Of a stretch of 64,000 nucleotides of DNA, positions 12,164 through 25,983 are shown in pieces (position 1 is the stretch's first letter; every line of letters begins with the position of its first letter). The notes below the pieces were generated by a model. That model saw only the letters and a list, made by a program, of their open reading frames with translations. It was not told where the DNA came from and did not search any database. The stretch lies in the NCBI GenBank assembly GCA_002189035.1, contig NEEC01000021.1:1612001-1676000 (forward strand). The letters are read 5' to 3'. Position numbers and translations under genes: made by a program. The stretch comes from Utricularia gibba (taxonomy: Eukaryota > Plantae > Magnoliophyta).

Positions 12164-14609
12164 TCAGTAATAGGCTTTGCGGGGATTGTTCTGCACAGGT
12201 AAAGAAGTTTCTCATGTGGGGTGAGTACTCTGCAGGGCAAGAACCGAGGGTGGTGCAGCAGGCACTTACCAGGGGATTTGGTCTATAGCGATACCCGAGC
12301 ATCATCCGCTTCTTGTACTGCTCATAGATGTCGTCCTCAGCGGTCACCTCACCAGGCGCATGAGCACCCACACCCAGGTTATCCTTTTTGATATCGCCTG
12401 CCATTATTGGATTCGCAATACCAGACTTTGAACTCCCAAGCCCCTCACCTGCAGTCGAGATTTCGTAATCAACTATTTGCATGTTCGAGAGACAAGTATT
12501 CGTGAAGACGAGTACGAGCAGTAGGCCAGTCTATGTGCCTAAACGGATTATTAAAATGCTATGCATCTGTACTCACCCTCCTTCCAGCCCATCTTGGACA
12601 ACAGCCTGTGACCAACATTATCGGCCTGGATCTTTGCCTTTTCAGCATATTCTTTTGCGTACTTGTGGGCAGATGCATCACTACAAGTAGCCAAGAATTT
12701 CTCAAGCTCCTCGGAAGGGATGTAGTCGCCCATGTGATGACCCTTCTTGGGTGCTGCATGAAAGGTTATACAAGTTATGAGGCTCTAAAGAACCGTGAAG
12801 CATATCCCATATGGAAAAATAATGAAGAGAAAATGCTGTAGTGCATAAAAACGGGACAGAATTGGGGGAAGGGAGGTGTCTTCAAGTAAAAATATACCTT
12901 GCATGGACTCAGGGGGTGGCATCTCATCCTTTGAGGCCTTTGGTGGCCTCCGCTTCTCTTCTTGAGCGGCCTTTTTCATGTAGTATTCCATCATGGCTAT
13001 GGGATCAGAGGCACTTGAAGTAGCAGGCTCGCCTACAAGCATGAATGTAAAGCATCAACATGATAAAAAAAAAAAATCTAAAATGGCCTGACTCATCATA
13101 TTTCCACAAAATCGAGTAAGGGCAACAAGCATACCATATCTTCCCCCATCTTCACTTGATGCAAGGGGCCGTGGATCTGAAGAAGTCTCATACAACGCTG
13201 AGGCTGGAGTTTCATATTTGGGTTGTTGACGATGTGATCTTTGAGAGCTGCTTGATGAATGTGGAACAGTATCTAAACAAATGGGGGAAAAAAAGACGCG
13301 AACATTATAGATCAAGATAACATAATGCATGGGAACTACAACGAAAACAAACCATTTTGTGATGACTGAGACTCTCTTGTTTGGCGCAATTCTTTTTCCT
13401 CTATACTTAAGCGATGCTCATAGTACTTATAGTCTGAACAGGTAATATCATATAAGAACCTGCAACATAGAGGGGATACCGATAATTGGATAAAACATAA
13501 ACAGGGATGGATGACTAAGAGTAAACACAAAATCTCGCAAAAAAGAGGGAAAGCCACAGAATAAACCGCTTACTTAAATGGAGTGTCCCCAGGGTTTTTC
13601 TGTCTAGTTACATCCTCAAACTGCCGCCCATTTTTTGCCACAAAACTTGCTAACTTGTCTGCAACTTTCTTTACGGTAGGATCACTTGGGGAAGGTGGTA
13701 CTGCATTTCACTTAAAGAACTGATTAAAACCAAGACCATGAAGAAGTCAATTGTAAACTACTCTTGCAGTAGGCGAGCCACAATCCAAATCTTTCACAGA
13801 ACAACTCTTCCCACCAATGTTGATAGGATAAGTAAAAGCTGCATTCATCAGTCGAGAGTAATTCAAGAGTGTTTTGTTCACACTCAAGATCGATCATCAG
13901 AAATCCCACGATGATTAGCCGAAGTACACACTGCTGCCCTTAGTATTTAACAAGGACTTCAGCACAAGCAGCGCAAATAGTTGCAAGAAGCACCAAGTAA
14001 TGCAAAATGGAGATATGACAGGAATTTTAGGAAGACTACGGTTTTAGCTTGTAGCCTCACTAAACCATTGTAGAAAGCAAGGTAACATTAACATTATCGA
14101 CATGCTGCCTCAAAGGATGGCCCGACTTCAAATTTCATCCTGTTTCTTGCCACGCTATGAAAGTATAAGCCACATAAGAAAGTCAAAAAAGCAAAGGAAC
14201 TACCATTATCATTTTGTTTAGATGATTGCTCAGACGACCCCATCTGGTCCAACTTTGCCCGCTTCACTGGCACATCATCTGAAGAATTCACATCCTCTTT
14301 GTCTTCCTCATCTTCATCTTCCACAAATTTTACAGGGGGAGAGACAAGTTTTGACTTCTGCTTCAGGCTGAAAGCGAGTTTTCCTCCTGGTTGACTTCGG
14401 CTTGTGTCTTGTGAGCTATTTCTTCGAAAATCTACCTTCATTTTGGCAATGATAGTCTTTGGAGCAGAATTCAAAGAGGCGTTAGAGGCTGACTTAGAGC
14501 TGCTATCCAATGCTTCATTTTTCTTTTCCTTTTCTTGTTGGAGCTGTTTGAACCTCTCTAAGAACGACCCGTCATTAACAAAGAGACCGGGAACTGTCGC
14601 CTTATCCAT
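12164..14609 (-). CDS. SURP and G-patch domain protein (SUGP1-like splicing factor)
   Basis: N-terminus LFVNDGSFLERFKQLQQE, SURP domain (VKKVADKLASFVAKNGRQFEDVTRQKNP), G-patch (DNVGHRLLSKMGWKEGEGLG) and C-terminus YKKRMMLGYRYRPNPL|NNPRKAYY*. Confidence 0.93.
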
Positions 14610-15294
14610 CCCTTAATTGCTATTGCTGTTCCAGCTTAACTGATTTGCTGCTTGGAGACACGAATTAGCAGTGAAAAGGACCAATAAAATACAAGGATCT
14701 CAAATTAACCCTAACGATAGTCCACTACTTTTTATTGCCAATCTAACTTAACCAGTTTCCTTTCCTACGAAGAAACATATTTTTCACGATATAAACGCCC
14801 ATAACCGAAGGCTTCGGCGGTAGGAACCCCTAAATCTGACCCATGTTCAGAAAACTGCTCGACAAAAGATTGTGTACAAAATACCCTCAAATAAAAAAGG
14901 TTGATGATATAAGAATTCTGAACAGAAGAGGATTCACAATATTACGCAACCCCATCCCCCTTCACCAAATTTCCGAAACTTGACACATGCAGAATCAGTA
15001 GAACAGAAATAAAACCCTAGAATTTGAAGAGTATCACTTTACAATCCACAACGATCTCTCTTTACACAGGAGACCATATAAACAAAAACTCAAAACAGAA
15101 AAAAAAAAAATCAAAGTTTCAACATCGTGAAATATACCGAATACGAGGATCATATAGAGAATTTAGAAGCTTCTTCGATCGGGATCGAAACCCTAATACT
15201 CCGTTCAATCTCCGATCTCCAGGATGAAATGCTTCATTCACCTACGTCGCCGTTTTGTTTTTCACGTCATTAATACCTGTGGAAATTGATGTAA

Positions 15295-15358
15295 AAGCCC
15301 TGGGCCGACATGGGCCGTTGAAAAAACTCATAGCCCAATGTATTTGCAACCAGCCCAA
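15295..15358. promoter_or_regulatory. Site II (TGGGCY/RGCCCA) cluster upstream of the SURP/G-patch gene, with telo-boxes nearby
   Basis: Contains tgggcc twice and agccca twice within about 65 bp. AAACCCTA telo-boxes occur at about 15012 and 15189. Confidence 0.6.
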
Positions 15359-16161
15359 TCTGAATTAGGAATCGAGGCCGGACAAAATTTGTCTGCTTGT
15401 GGCTGATGTTTCCCACTCCCTTTTCTCACTTCAATCGAAGTGGCGTGGAGTATCTCTATCTCCCATTAGAAGGCAAGAAAGTCAGAAACCTTACCAACTC
15501 GGATTTCTAGTTTCTGTTGTGTATTTCCTATGTTTTCCAAGGCTTTTTATCAACTGGATACCTTCTGATTCCCAATTTGCTTTTCTTGGGCTTCATCACC
15601 TTCCTGTAAAGTGGGTTGCTTGGCTTGTGCTTCTAGTACCTTTTTCTGCGACATAACATTGCTTTTCTTGTGGGTTCTGAGATGCCATATTAGGTGGGCA
15701 TGCTTGTTTTGTTTTCAATATACATGAGAAAACTATGGAGCTCCATGGTTGCTGTATACAAGGAGATTCTGGGGAATCTCCTCATCTCACTGGATGATCT
15801 TTAAATGCCACAGTTTTTTAGTGATTCTTGCATTAAAAACGCTTTTCTTGGAGGTGGTGCAGTTTATTCCTGAAAGTGGTGCAGTCTGTGAAGCGGTCAC
15901 CAAGACCACCCCAATTGGGAACGATGAAGGTTTGCTGTAGTTGATTGTTAAGCGGCAGAGTTTTATAAAGATTTAGCATACAGTAACGTTGCATACGAAC
16001 AAGTTGATGAAGAGAGTCGGATATCAAAAATCCGATACATTATTTTATTCCGAATTATTGCTCAAACGCCATAGCCGCTTCACCAGCAAGAATATCAGAA
16101 GATGCACTTAGGGTTTATTTCAAACTCGGATAGACAGGTCGTGCGGGGACGTAATAACCTC

Positions 16162-16347
16162 CTAATGCATGTAAACCGCAAGGAAAGAGACGAGGGCTGC
16201 TCCGATGAAGGACAAGAAGGCCGGCAGCTGGGCGACCGATCCCGACGGCGCTGGGGCCGGCGCCTCCTCCTCGTGGCCGTGGGCGGCAACAGAACTCACA
16301 ACAGCGGCGGCGAAGAGGGCGGCGACGGCGATCTTTTTCATTTCCAT
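16162..16347 (-). CDS. AGP23: Arabinogalactan (AG) peptide, AGP23-like, GPI-anchored
   Basis: 61 aa: signal peptide MEMKKIAVAALFAAA, APAPAP glycomodule and hydrophobic GPI signal ending LVSFLAVYMH. Confidence 0.9.
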   Translation of the reverse strand: MEMKKIAVAALFAAAVVSSVAAHGHEEEAPAPAPSGSVAQLPAFLSFIGAALVSFLAVYMH

Positions 16348-16763
16348 GACTGAGCAGAGCGTGCACTCGCCTCGTGAATCCGGTTATGGGAACGATGATG
16401 GTGTGTTGTTGGGCGATGGAGGTTTTTATAGCCCGTTGATGCCTTGTTTGAAAACAGGTAGAACCGTTGGTTTTATATGCTATTTTTGGAAGGATTAATT
16501 TCGAGTGGTTGGTCGGTCGGTCGGTCTCCTTTGTAAATTCTGTTATTTAAGGATTATAAATAGTAAATTAAGAGAAACCTTTTATTTATTAATTATTATT
16601 GTAATAAAACACAGTAATTAATTATTATTAAAATAAAAAAAAAGGACCCTAAACTTTTTTTTAATTTACAAGAATGAAATTCGATAAATACGAAAATTCT
16701 CCGCGCACACACACACAACACTTGGGCTCGCATGCAACAAGACGACCTCCCATCGGATTTTAG

Positions 16764-18000
16764 TCAAACCACCACGAACTCCGGCTCCTCCACCTCCGAC
16801 AGCCAGTCGCCGGCATCGTCCTCGGCATCGAGGTTGCCGCCATTGTTCCTCACACCGGCACCGTGGCCGTGGCCGAACGCCTTTATATGATCCTTGAGAG
16901 ATCGCTTATGCTTAAAATCCGACCCACAACAGCAGTACCAAACCTTCCCGCAGTTCTTCTCATGCGTCCGCCAATCACCTTTCACAGCGAACGCCTTGGA
17001 GCATCTCCGGCAGGCGAACGGCTTCGCACCATGCTTGCGCTTGTAGTGCGTCTGCAACGTGCGGAAGTCCTTCAAGGGCCGGCCACGTGGATCATCGACG
17101 TTGTGCTTGCAGCCCGGCCAACAGCAATAGCACGGCAGCCGGAGCATCGCCGACGGCTGCGTGCCGCGAAGTGATTCCGGCCCCTTCCGGTACTGGGATC
17201 CGTGCCCCCACATATGCATCTGCTTACAGATAAAGCACATTTTAGATAAGTAGCAACGAATCATCTCGTTAACACACATAGATCGAGATTACATGATTGC
17301 TCTACTATATCTGGGTTTCAATCTCATTGACAACATGCTAATCTATAACAATTGATTGGTTCTCTGAAATCTTGCTTTTGAAGAATAAATCATAGATCTG
17401 TTTCTTTCGGGAAAAAATGGGGTTTGACTACAGAAACAGTACTCTATCAAACCTTTCTTTGTAAACATCCTATTCAACACAAAAAAATAAGTAAAGCAAA
17501 CAAAGGCATTAAAGAAGGTGAAAAGAATTTCTGACTGAAAAGACCTAAACATGGAAACTGAATGACACAAACATGCAGTAACTGTTAGATCTGAAGCTTA
17601 GTTTTTTTATCAGCACTTGATATGGCTCTCCAACTACCAATCTTGTAGCACTACACTAGTAAGTTACCTGCAAATTGTTGTAGCGGTTGAAGGTCTTGAA
17701 GCAAAGAGGGCAGGAGAACTGTGTAGGGCCAATGAGGATCTGGGTAGGAGTAGGGATCCAGTACTGGCCACCCATGTTGAGCTTGTTCAAGGGCAATCCA
17801 GAGAGGATGTCGATCCCGTCTTTCTCTGCCGCCGTCTGATCGTTGGAAAAAACCCTTGATCTGTGATCATCTGGCTGGCTTCCAAGCCCTATCTGGAGAT
17901 CTACTTCTCCTCCATGGGAACTGGAATTGGGAACTGAAACATGGGGTTCCTCCGTGGAGGAATGGAGAGGGAGGAAGTTGAAGCATGTTTGGTTTTTCAT
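16764..18000 (-). CDS. WIP-family C2H2 zinc-finger transcription factor (WIP2/NTT-like), 2 exons (18000-17668, 17219-16764)
   Basis: Diagnostic [34 protein letters not shown]|[19 protein letters not shown] plus four zinc fingers. An in-frame TAA just upstream fixes the ATG at 18000. Confidence 0.95.
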
Positions 18001-19907
18001 GATTTAGGGATTCAGGAGAAGGAGACTGAGGGGTGTTGGGGTAGTGAGAGATGATGGATGACTTGTTGCTTTTGTCTTGGTGTTTTCTTTACTTAGCTTT
18101 TGGGCACCTTTGTCTTTCTCTAGGTGTATATATACACATAGATACAAGCTGTCATGATTGAAATGTGACATAGTGAGTATGAAAACATGATGCGGATGCT
18201 CCTCTTATGTCCACATGAGGCAGCAGCAAAAATACCAGCTCACTGCTTTGCATGATTCACTATAAACCATTCTCAATCTAAATCTATCTTAACAGAAAGC
18301 TCAGGGGGGTTGCGCCGACGCAGACTTTGCGGAGGAGGAGGAGGAGAAGGCTACAGAACCATGGCGTGCAGGATGGTCGATGGGGCTACTCCCACTCTGC
18401 AACTACCCGATCTTGAAGTGGTCCACTCAGTCCCTTCACAAGTCTTCATCGGTGCAACCAAGTGAAGAGTACGCCTTGTGATTGTTTCTAAGTTCTCAAG
18501 CTCGCTACTCTGGGAGCCATGATCATGATAGCTTATCCAGCTTTCCACGTCTTAAGCTTTTGAAGTGATCTGTGGCTTCCCTGTTTTCCTGCGAGCCATT
18601 GAGCCGATGGGTTTTCCAAGCATTACCCAAGACACTTAACCACAAAGAGCCAAAGGCGTGACTGGCCACAATTTCTTCATCGTGGAGCTAAGATTTGAAA
18701 GCAACAGCACATCCGTTTTATTGTTTCTCTACATGTTTTTTCATCATAAAAAATTACACAAAAGCCGAAAAAAATGGCAATAAAAACTGGGAGTAGGAGT
18801 AGAAGACAAGGTCTAATAAATAATTTTGCGTAGTACATTAGCATATTTAATTTGAATATGACAACAGTGGAAGACAGTGCCCCATGTGGTCATGATGCGT
18901 AGATATTGAGGTTCCCAAGGTTGCACGAGTGCCGCTCTGTTCTACTGCGTGCCTTCCCAGACACCATTCACCATCCTCTAACCATATGATCCAATCCATT
19001 CATGAATGCACGTAGAGCTGAAGGAGTCCTCCTGTCTTCTTCCTTTTTTCTGCGTAGTGTGAGATATTAATGATTCCAACGGATAACTCAGGTGTTAGCA
19101 GGATGTTATGCTTTGTACGACATGAATTCTCCCACTTGGCATCCTAAATGCTTGTGTTAGCCAAACACAGACCAGACAACATGTGTGTGGGTTTCATAAG
19201 CACCCCATCTCGCAATGGAACCGACTCGGGCTAGCCGTATATAAGCATGGTAGCGCACACACGGACCCGTCAGGGTGAGGTCCTCGTAATGGGAAGGGGT
19301 GGGCGGAGACAAGGAGAGGTTGGCATGTCAGGGGAGAAAGGGACCTATGAGGTGAAACATTTTTCGATGGGGTGGTGAGAAATATTGACATTAGTAACTG
19401 CGCGGTAAATGTGAAACCGAGAGTGTCACACTACTCCCCAGTGACAGCGACTGGTGATGGTGCATCAATGTTGGTTCCGGAAGCCTGGATCGTTGTATCC
19501 CTGCTCCATAACCCTCAGCTCAACCTGCGGAGATGAGGTAGGGCTGCTGCTCTTGAAGGAGGAGTCCCCATTTGCCCCATTGGGAGAGGAACCAACCAGG
19601 TGTACTTTTGAATTTTGTAGTATTATTAGTTGTGTTGTTATTGAGGGAAGGAGATGAGGTTTGTGTGTGTGTGTTGTTTCACTGTTTAGTAATAAAGACT
19701 GGCAGTGGGGCACTATCATTGCAGTGATTCAAAAGTGGGGTGAGAATTTTTGTTTGGATGTGTATTTATTTGTGTATGGGGTCAAGAGACTACTTTTGTA
19801 AGCACTGGCGTCATGTGGGAAACACGTGAGCGGGAAACTGCACAAGGGGCAGCGACAACAACTGCAGGCGACTCAGCGCCAGGGAGAAAACCAGCAGCTC
19901 TCTGGGA

Positions 19908-19966
19908 GGGGAGGGAGAGGAGGAGGAGGAAGAGGAGGAGGAAGAGGAGGAAGAGGAGGAGGAGGG
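19908..19966. repeat. (GAG/GGA)n purine-rich microsatellite (CT-rich on minus strand)
   Basis: Imperfect gaggaggaagaggaggag array, directly visible. Confidence 0.8.
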
Positions 19967-20466
19967 CAGGCATGTAATTTCACAACAACCCACAACTCCT
20001 CAACTTGAGCTCAGCCCCCTTGGTACGCACGCGTCTTCTGGTTGCCAGACACATGGAGTTGAGCTAAGAACTGTACCTCAACTACTAGAACTCTACTCTG
20101 TTATCTGTGTTAGGGATGAAACTGGAGTGGTGGAACTACCTTCATGCACTCTTTGGTTCAAGTGAATTGTGTAATGTTGCTGCGTTGTATGATTGTCTGG
20201 TTGTTACTGTGACAAGGAACAAGCTTCTATTTTCATGGAAAACCAAGAACAAGCTTTTAGTTTCAGAGGAGGGAGCACAAAGAAGGACCAACTGTCTGGA
20301 AGAGCAGGATGCGTACTTTATCATGAGCATGAATGGTAGGATTCATTCCCATACACAAAGATGATATAATCAACAACATTGATGAAAGAGGCAGAGAAAT
20401 GTACTTCCAGGTTGCACTCCTACTACACCCCATGGCAATGCTTTCTGGAGACAAGAGTGGATGGCT

Positions 20467-20835
20467 CTACGAACTTGGCTCTCCCTCTTGCTCGCCTCCC
20501 TCATCCTCTAAAACATCGCTCGAGAATGCACTGGGATTCTCTTTGATGCATTTCTGTAAAGCCACGAAAGGGTGGACACAGTCGGACCCCTTTTCATCAG
20601 CAGTGCTCTTGAGAAAGCAGAGAAAAGCATCCGAGAATTGAACTCCGCAGGGGCTGGAACGCAGGTGCGCTATGCAGGGGCACTCCAATGCCTTTTCAGC
20701 ATTTAGAGATCCATCTGTGTCCTGGCCACCGTACGCAGCAGCGTCGGCGATTGATGAGTGGAGATCCTGTGATGGGGTAGGAATTGATGCGGTATGATTC
20801 TCCTCGAGGGATGAAGAACTTTGTGCTTGCCCCAT
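20467..20835 (-). CDS. MIA40: Mitochondrial intermembrane space import and assembly protein 40
   Basis: MGQAQS start, CPC redox motif (ALECPCIAHL) and twin CX9C (CGVQFSDAFLC; CVHPFVALQKC). Confidence 0.95.
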   Translation of the reverse strand: MGQAQSSSSLEENHTASIPTPSQDLHSSIADAAAYGGQDTDGSLNAEKALECPCIAHLRSSPCGVQFSDAFLCFLKSTADEKGSDCVHPFVALQKCIKENPSAFSSDVLEDEGGEQEGEPSS

Positions 20836-21276
20836 TTTTCAACTGAAACGTTGCAATCTCTCATCAGAACTAGAAAAACGGTAGCTTGTACACGGGAATC
20901 AAGAGTCTCAATTCATGTTGCAGATCGGATTACGAACAAAGTTAGGCTACAAATAAGATAGCCTCTAACTCATGGAATTCATCTCCCTGACCAGACTGTG
21001 AACGCAATGACCTCGATCATTTCATCGAACAGGTCGTGGCCATGCATCAAGATTCCGCAAATAACGATCAGTTGGTAAGAAAACAAGCCACTAAAACTAC
21101 CTGCCACCGTAGACCCCAAGAGAGGTTGGTTGGGATCAAGACTCTCCCTTTTTGCAAAGCAGCAGCTTCCACCGGTACCAAATTTCTCATGCGTGTTTTC
21201 ACTGGGTATATGCTCTCTGCATGAACCCTTTTCCTTCTGAGAATTTATTTAATCACCAAATAAAAATTCATAAAAT

Positions 21277-21377
21277 AAGCCCGAGTCACAAGCCCATTTA
21301 GTCTCAGGCCTGACGTTGTATGGGCCATGCAATCCGCAGGCCCGATGACACATGGAAATCCTTGACCTTGTGGGCCA
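21277..21377. promoter_or_regulatory. Site II element cluster in the MIA40 promoter
   Basis: agccca, tgggcc (twice) and ggcccg within 100 bp. Such clusters are typical of promoters of nuclear genes for mitochondrial proteins. Confidence 0.6.
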
Positions 21378-24058
21378 TCCAAAATAGCACTAGACTTTCT
21401 TAATTACGTTTTGATGCATTGATTAGTGTTAAATCGGTCAAAACAAATAATATTGTATAAAAAGAATCTAATGTATATTACCATGGATTAGAGGATTGGG
21501 ATGGTTCTAATATTCATTCTAAAATGTTGATCTTGGAGTGGCCCCTAAAGTGAGACAACAAGACTTGACTTAAAAGGAGCAGTTGGGATGTCCAAAAACG
21601 GGATATGAACTGGGACTGGGAGGATTGGTGACTAGACAGTAGATACCAAACACCTCCACTACCAGCATGGGCGCTGCTTATGATCTGAAGGTGCAGGAAT
21701 CCCATTCATTTGAAACCTGAAGCCACCCCATTTCATTTTCTGCAAGTGGGTGCCAGTTGGGTCATTACAGCAACAAAGGGGAGAAAACCAGAAACATATC
21801 CTCGAAAGAGGCTGCAAGATCTAGCTATCGCATATGGGGGTATGGAGCTAGTTGGTCAAGGCATTGGTAAAGATGGATGGATGGAGGAACCGTTGTTGTC
21901 AGCATGCCCACCCACCCACCCACGTCGAATGTGCCGACACGGCGACACGCCGACTCCTATATGCTTTTACAGTAGTAATCTTTTTCTTTTCTTTTATGGA
22001 ATGATTGTCGGAGTTGGCGTGGTGCCATTCTGTATTAAGTGGTGCTGGTTTATCCACCTTCGCTTCACGTTAAATCAGTGTTTATGTGTCCCCTTTTTGC
22101 CCCACAAGATCAAACGTGTCTGCCATTTGTGATCTTCTTCCTCTGTCCAAGCTGTAAAAAGGCATTATCTTTCATGGTGATGGATGATGAATAAGCAAAG
22201 AGAAAATCTTCCTCCCTCACACGCACATGCTTGTCAGACCCCTAAAGGAACACAATAATAAAAACAAAACAGATGAACTGTGTTTTGTTGTAGATTCTGA
22301 CGAATAATGGTGTTGAGTTTCCTGGCGTTGGACTTCTTGGATTCTAAGGTATTGACTGTTTCCTCATCTTCTGTTGCCCCCTAAAATGTGTGTACCCACC
22401 CTTCCTGCATTAGCCCCTTCCATAACAACAGACACCATATGGAAGAAAGCCTGCGAGCACACAAGATGCCTGAATGAGCTTCCTCTTCTTGCTCTTATGC
22501 CTATTGGGCTCCGACTGCCATCCTGCCTCTGATGAGCACAAGACGGAGAGATCAGAACACCATACTCTGGGCTCTTTCTAGGAAGAAAAAAAAAAGTATT
22601 TAGTGGGAAGATTCTCTTTTGATGTTCCCAAAACTCATCAGTGTGCCCTGCGAAGCTTGAGCACCATCAGATATTGTGAAGATATGCTCTTGTTTTGTGT
22701 TGACAGAATCTTAGAAAAAAACAGGTGAGGGACAAAGAATCATAATTCTTTTTTAAGTATAATATTGTTCCATGGGATAAACACAACACCTACCAGAAGC
22801 CTTTTTGTGAACTGCCTGCTCCTCCTTGAAACTTATATCGACACAACAATGGAATCGTTTTGAACTTTTTTTAACTCCTCTCTTTTCACTTTATGCCAAC
22901 TCTTTTTCACCATCTCTGTACTGTACTTTCACTCCTTACCCATAACTCACCTTTGCTGCCTCTTTCTCCCCTTTTCTCCTACTTGTGTCACTCCCCTCCT
23001 GTCATTGCCATGTTCCATGCTGTAATCTAGTTGAACAGCCTTTGCTTGTACTAAAGGTCTGGATAGTGCACATTCCACCAGAGCTCTGAGATCAGCGACC
23101 TCACTAGAAAAACCAATGCATATCACCATATGGTCCTGAGCGCAAAAGGGTGCTTTGCTTTGCTTGCCTAAGATCCGTGGGTTATCAACCAACTAAAGCT
23201 TAAAGAGAACGAAGAGAATCAAACGTGTTAAAGATAAAAACTTGATCTTTCTTGGCCCATATGTCGGGAACGAGACACCACAGATGCTGAACCAGTCAAC
23301 AAAGGCAGGATGCATCCCACATCTAAACGTAACAAAGTTAAAGGAAAACTCTTTTTATAAGATTAAGTGACGTGACTAATAATCGAAACGCAGTTCATTA
23401 GATCATCTTTTTGAAGAGCCAAACATCTCCTTTTCTCACAAAGCAGGCGCACATTTCATCAATCTTCACGTATCTCCAACATCTCGTTGTTTCCCTTTCA
23501 TTGCTAAGTGACGCAGCATGAAAAGGATCTCAGTCTACGTCACCGTATCCACGTTCTGGATACGGTGATGTTTGTGCCTGAGGTGATGGATGAATGAGTC
23601 AGCTGATTCACTGCAGTAACTGGTAAACGGAACTGTTAGGAAAGTGTTACCTTTACACAAGGATGAGATCATATTTGGCTGTGCTGGTGAGATTTGCTAT
23701 TTTGTCCTTGTATGGACAAGCAAAAGCTGTGAAGTATGGCTTAAAAACTATGTTGAAAAGGCAGCAAGGAGATCTATGGAAATCTTGTCTTCGTAGTGAT
23801 GCCGTTTACCTTTTCTTGAAATGGGAATATCTCTTTGTTCCCCTGCGAAGAGAACACCTCAGAAACAAGTAATAAGGATGTTGAGATCAGCATAAAGTGT
23901 TGCCGCAAGTGGCCAGTCTTGTTACGGATATTTGTAATTTGACTTTCAAATCCAAAGCCGTCTTCTTTAAATCCCACATCATTTCCCCATTTCTTGCATT
24001 CAGCTTCCACATTTTTCTTCTCCCTTGCCCCTACTGTTTTTCACAGAAGCCACAGAAA

Positions 24059-25983
<1,925 letters not shown>

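Noticed and set aside
21358-21378. tccttgaccttgtgggcc resembles the tasiR-ARF sequence
   Set aside because: Only the 5' 12-13 nt match, there are no flanking miR390 sites in the right orientation, and it overlaps MIA40 Site II motifs.
23897-24058. Long N-terminal extension of the CKX ORF in the ORF track
   Set aside because: It starts at GTG and runs through a pyrimidine tract and acceptor (24046), so it is intron sequence. The real ATG is at 24059.
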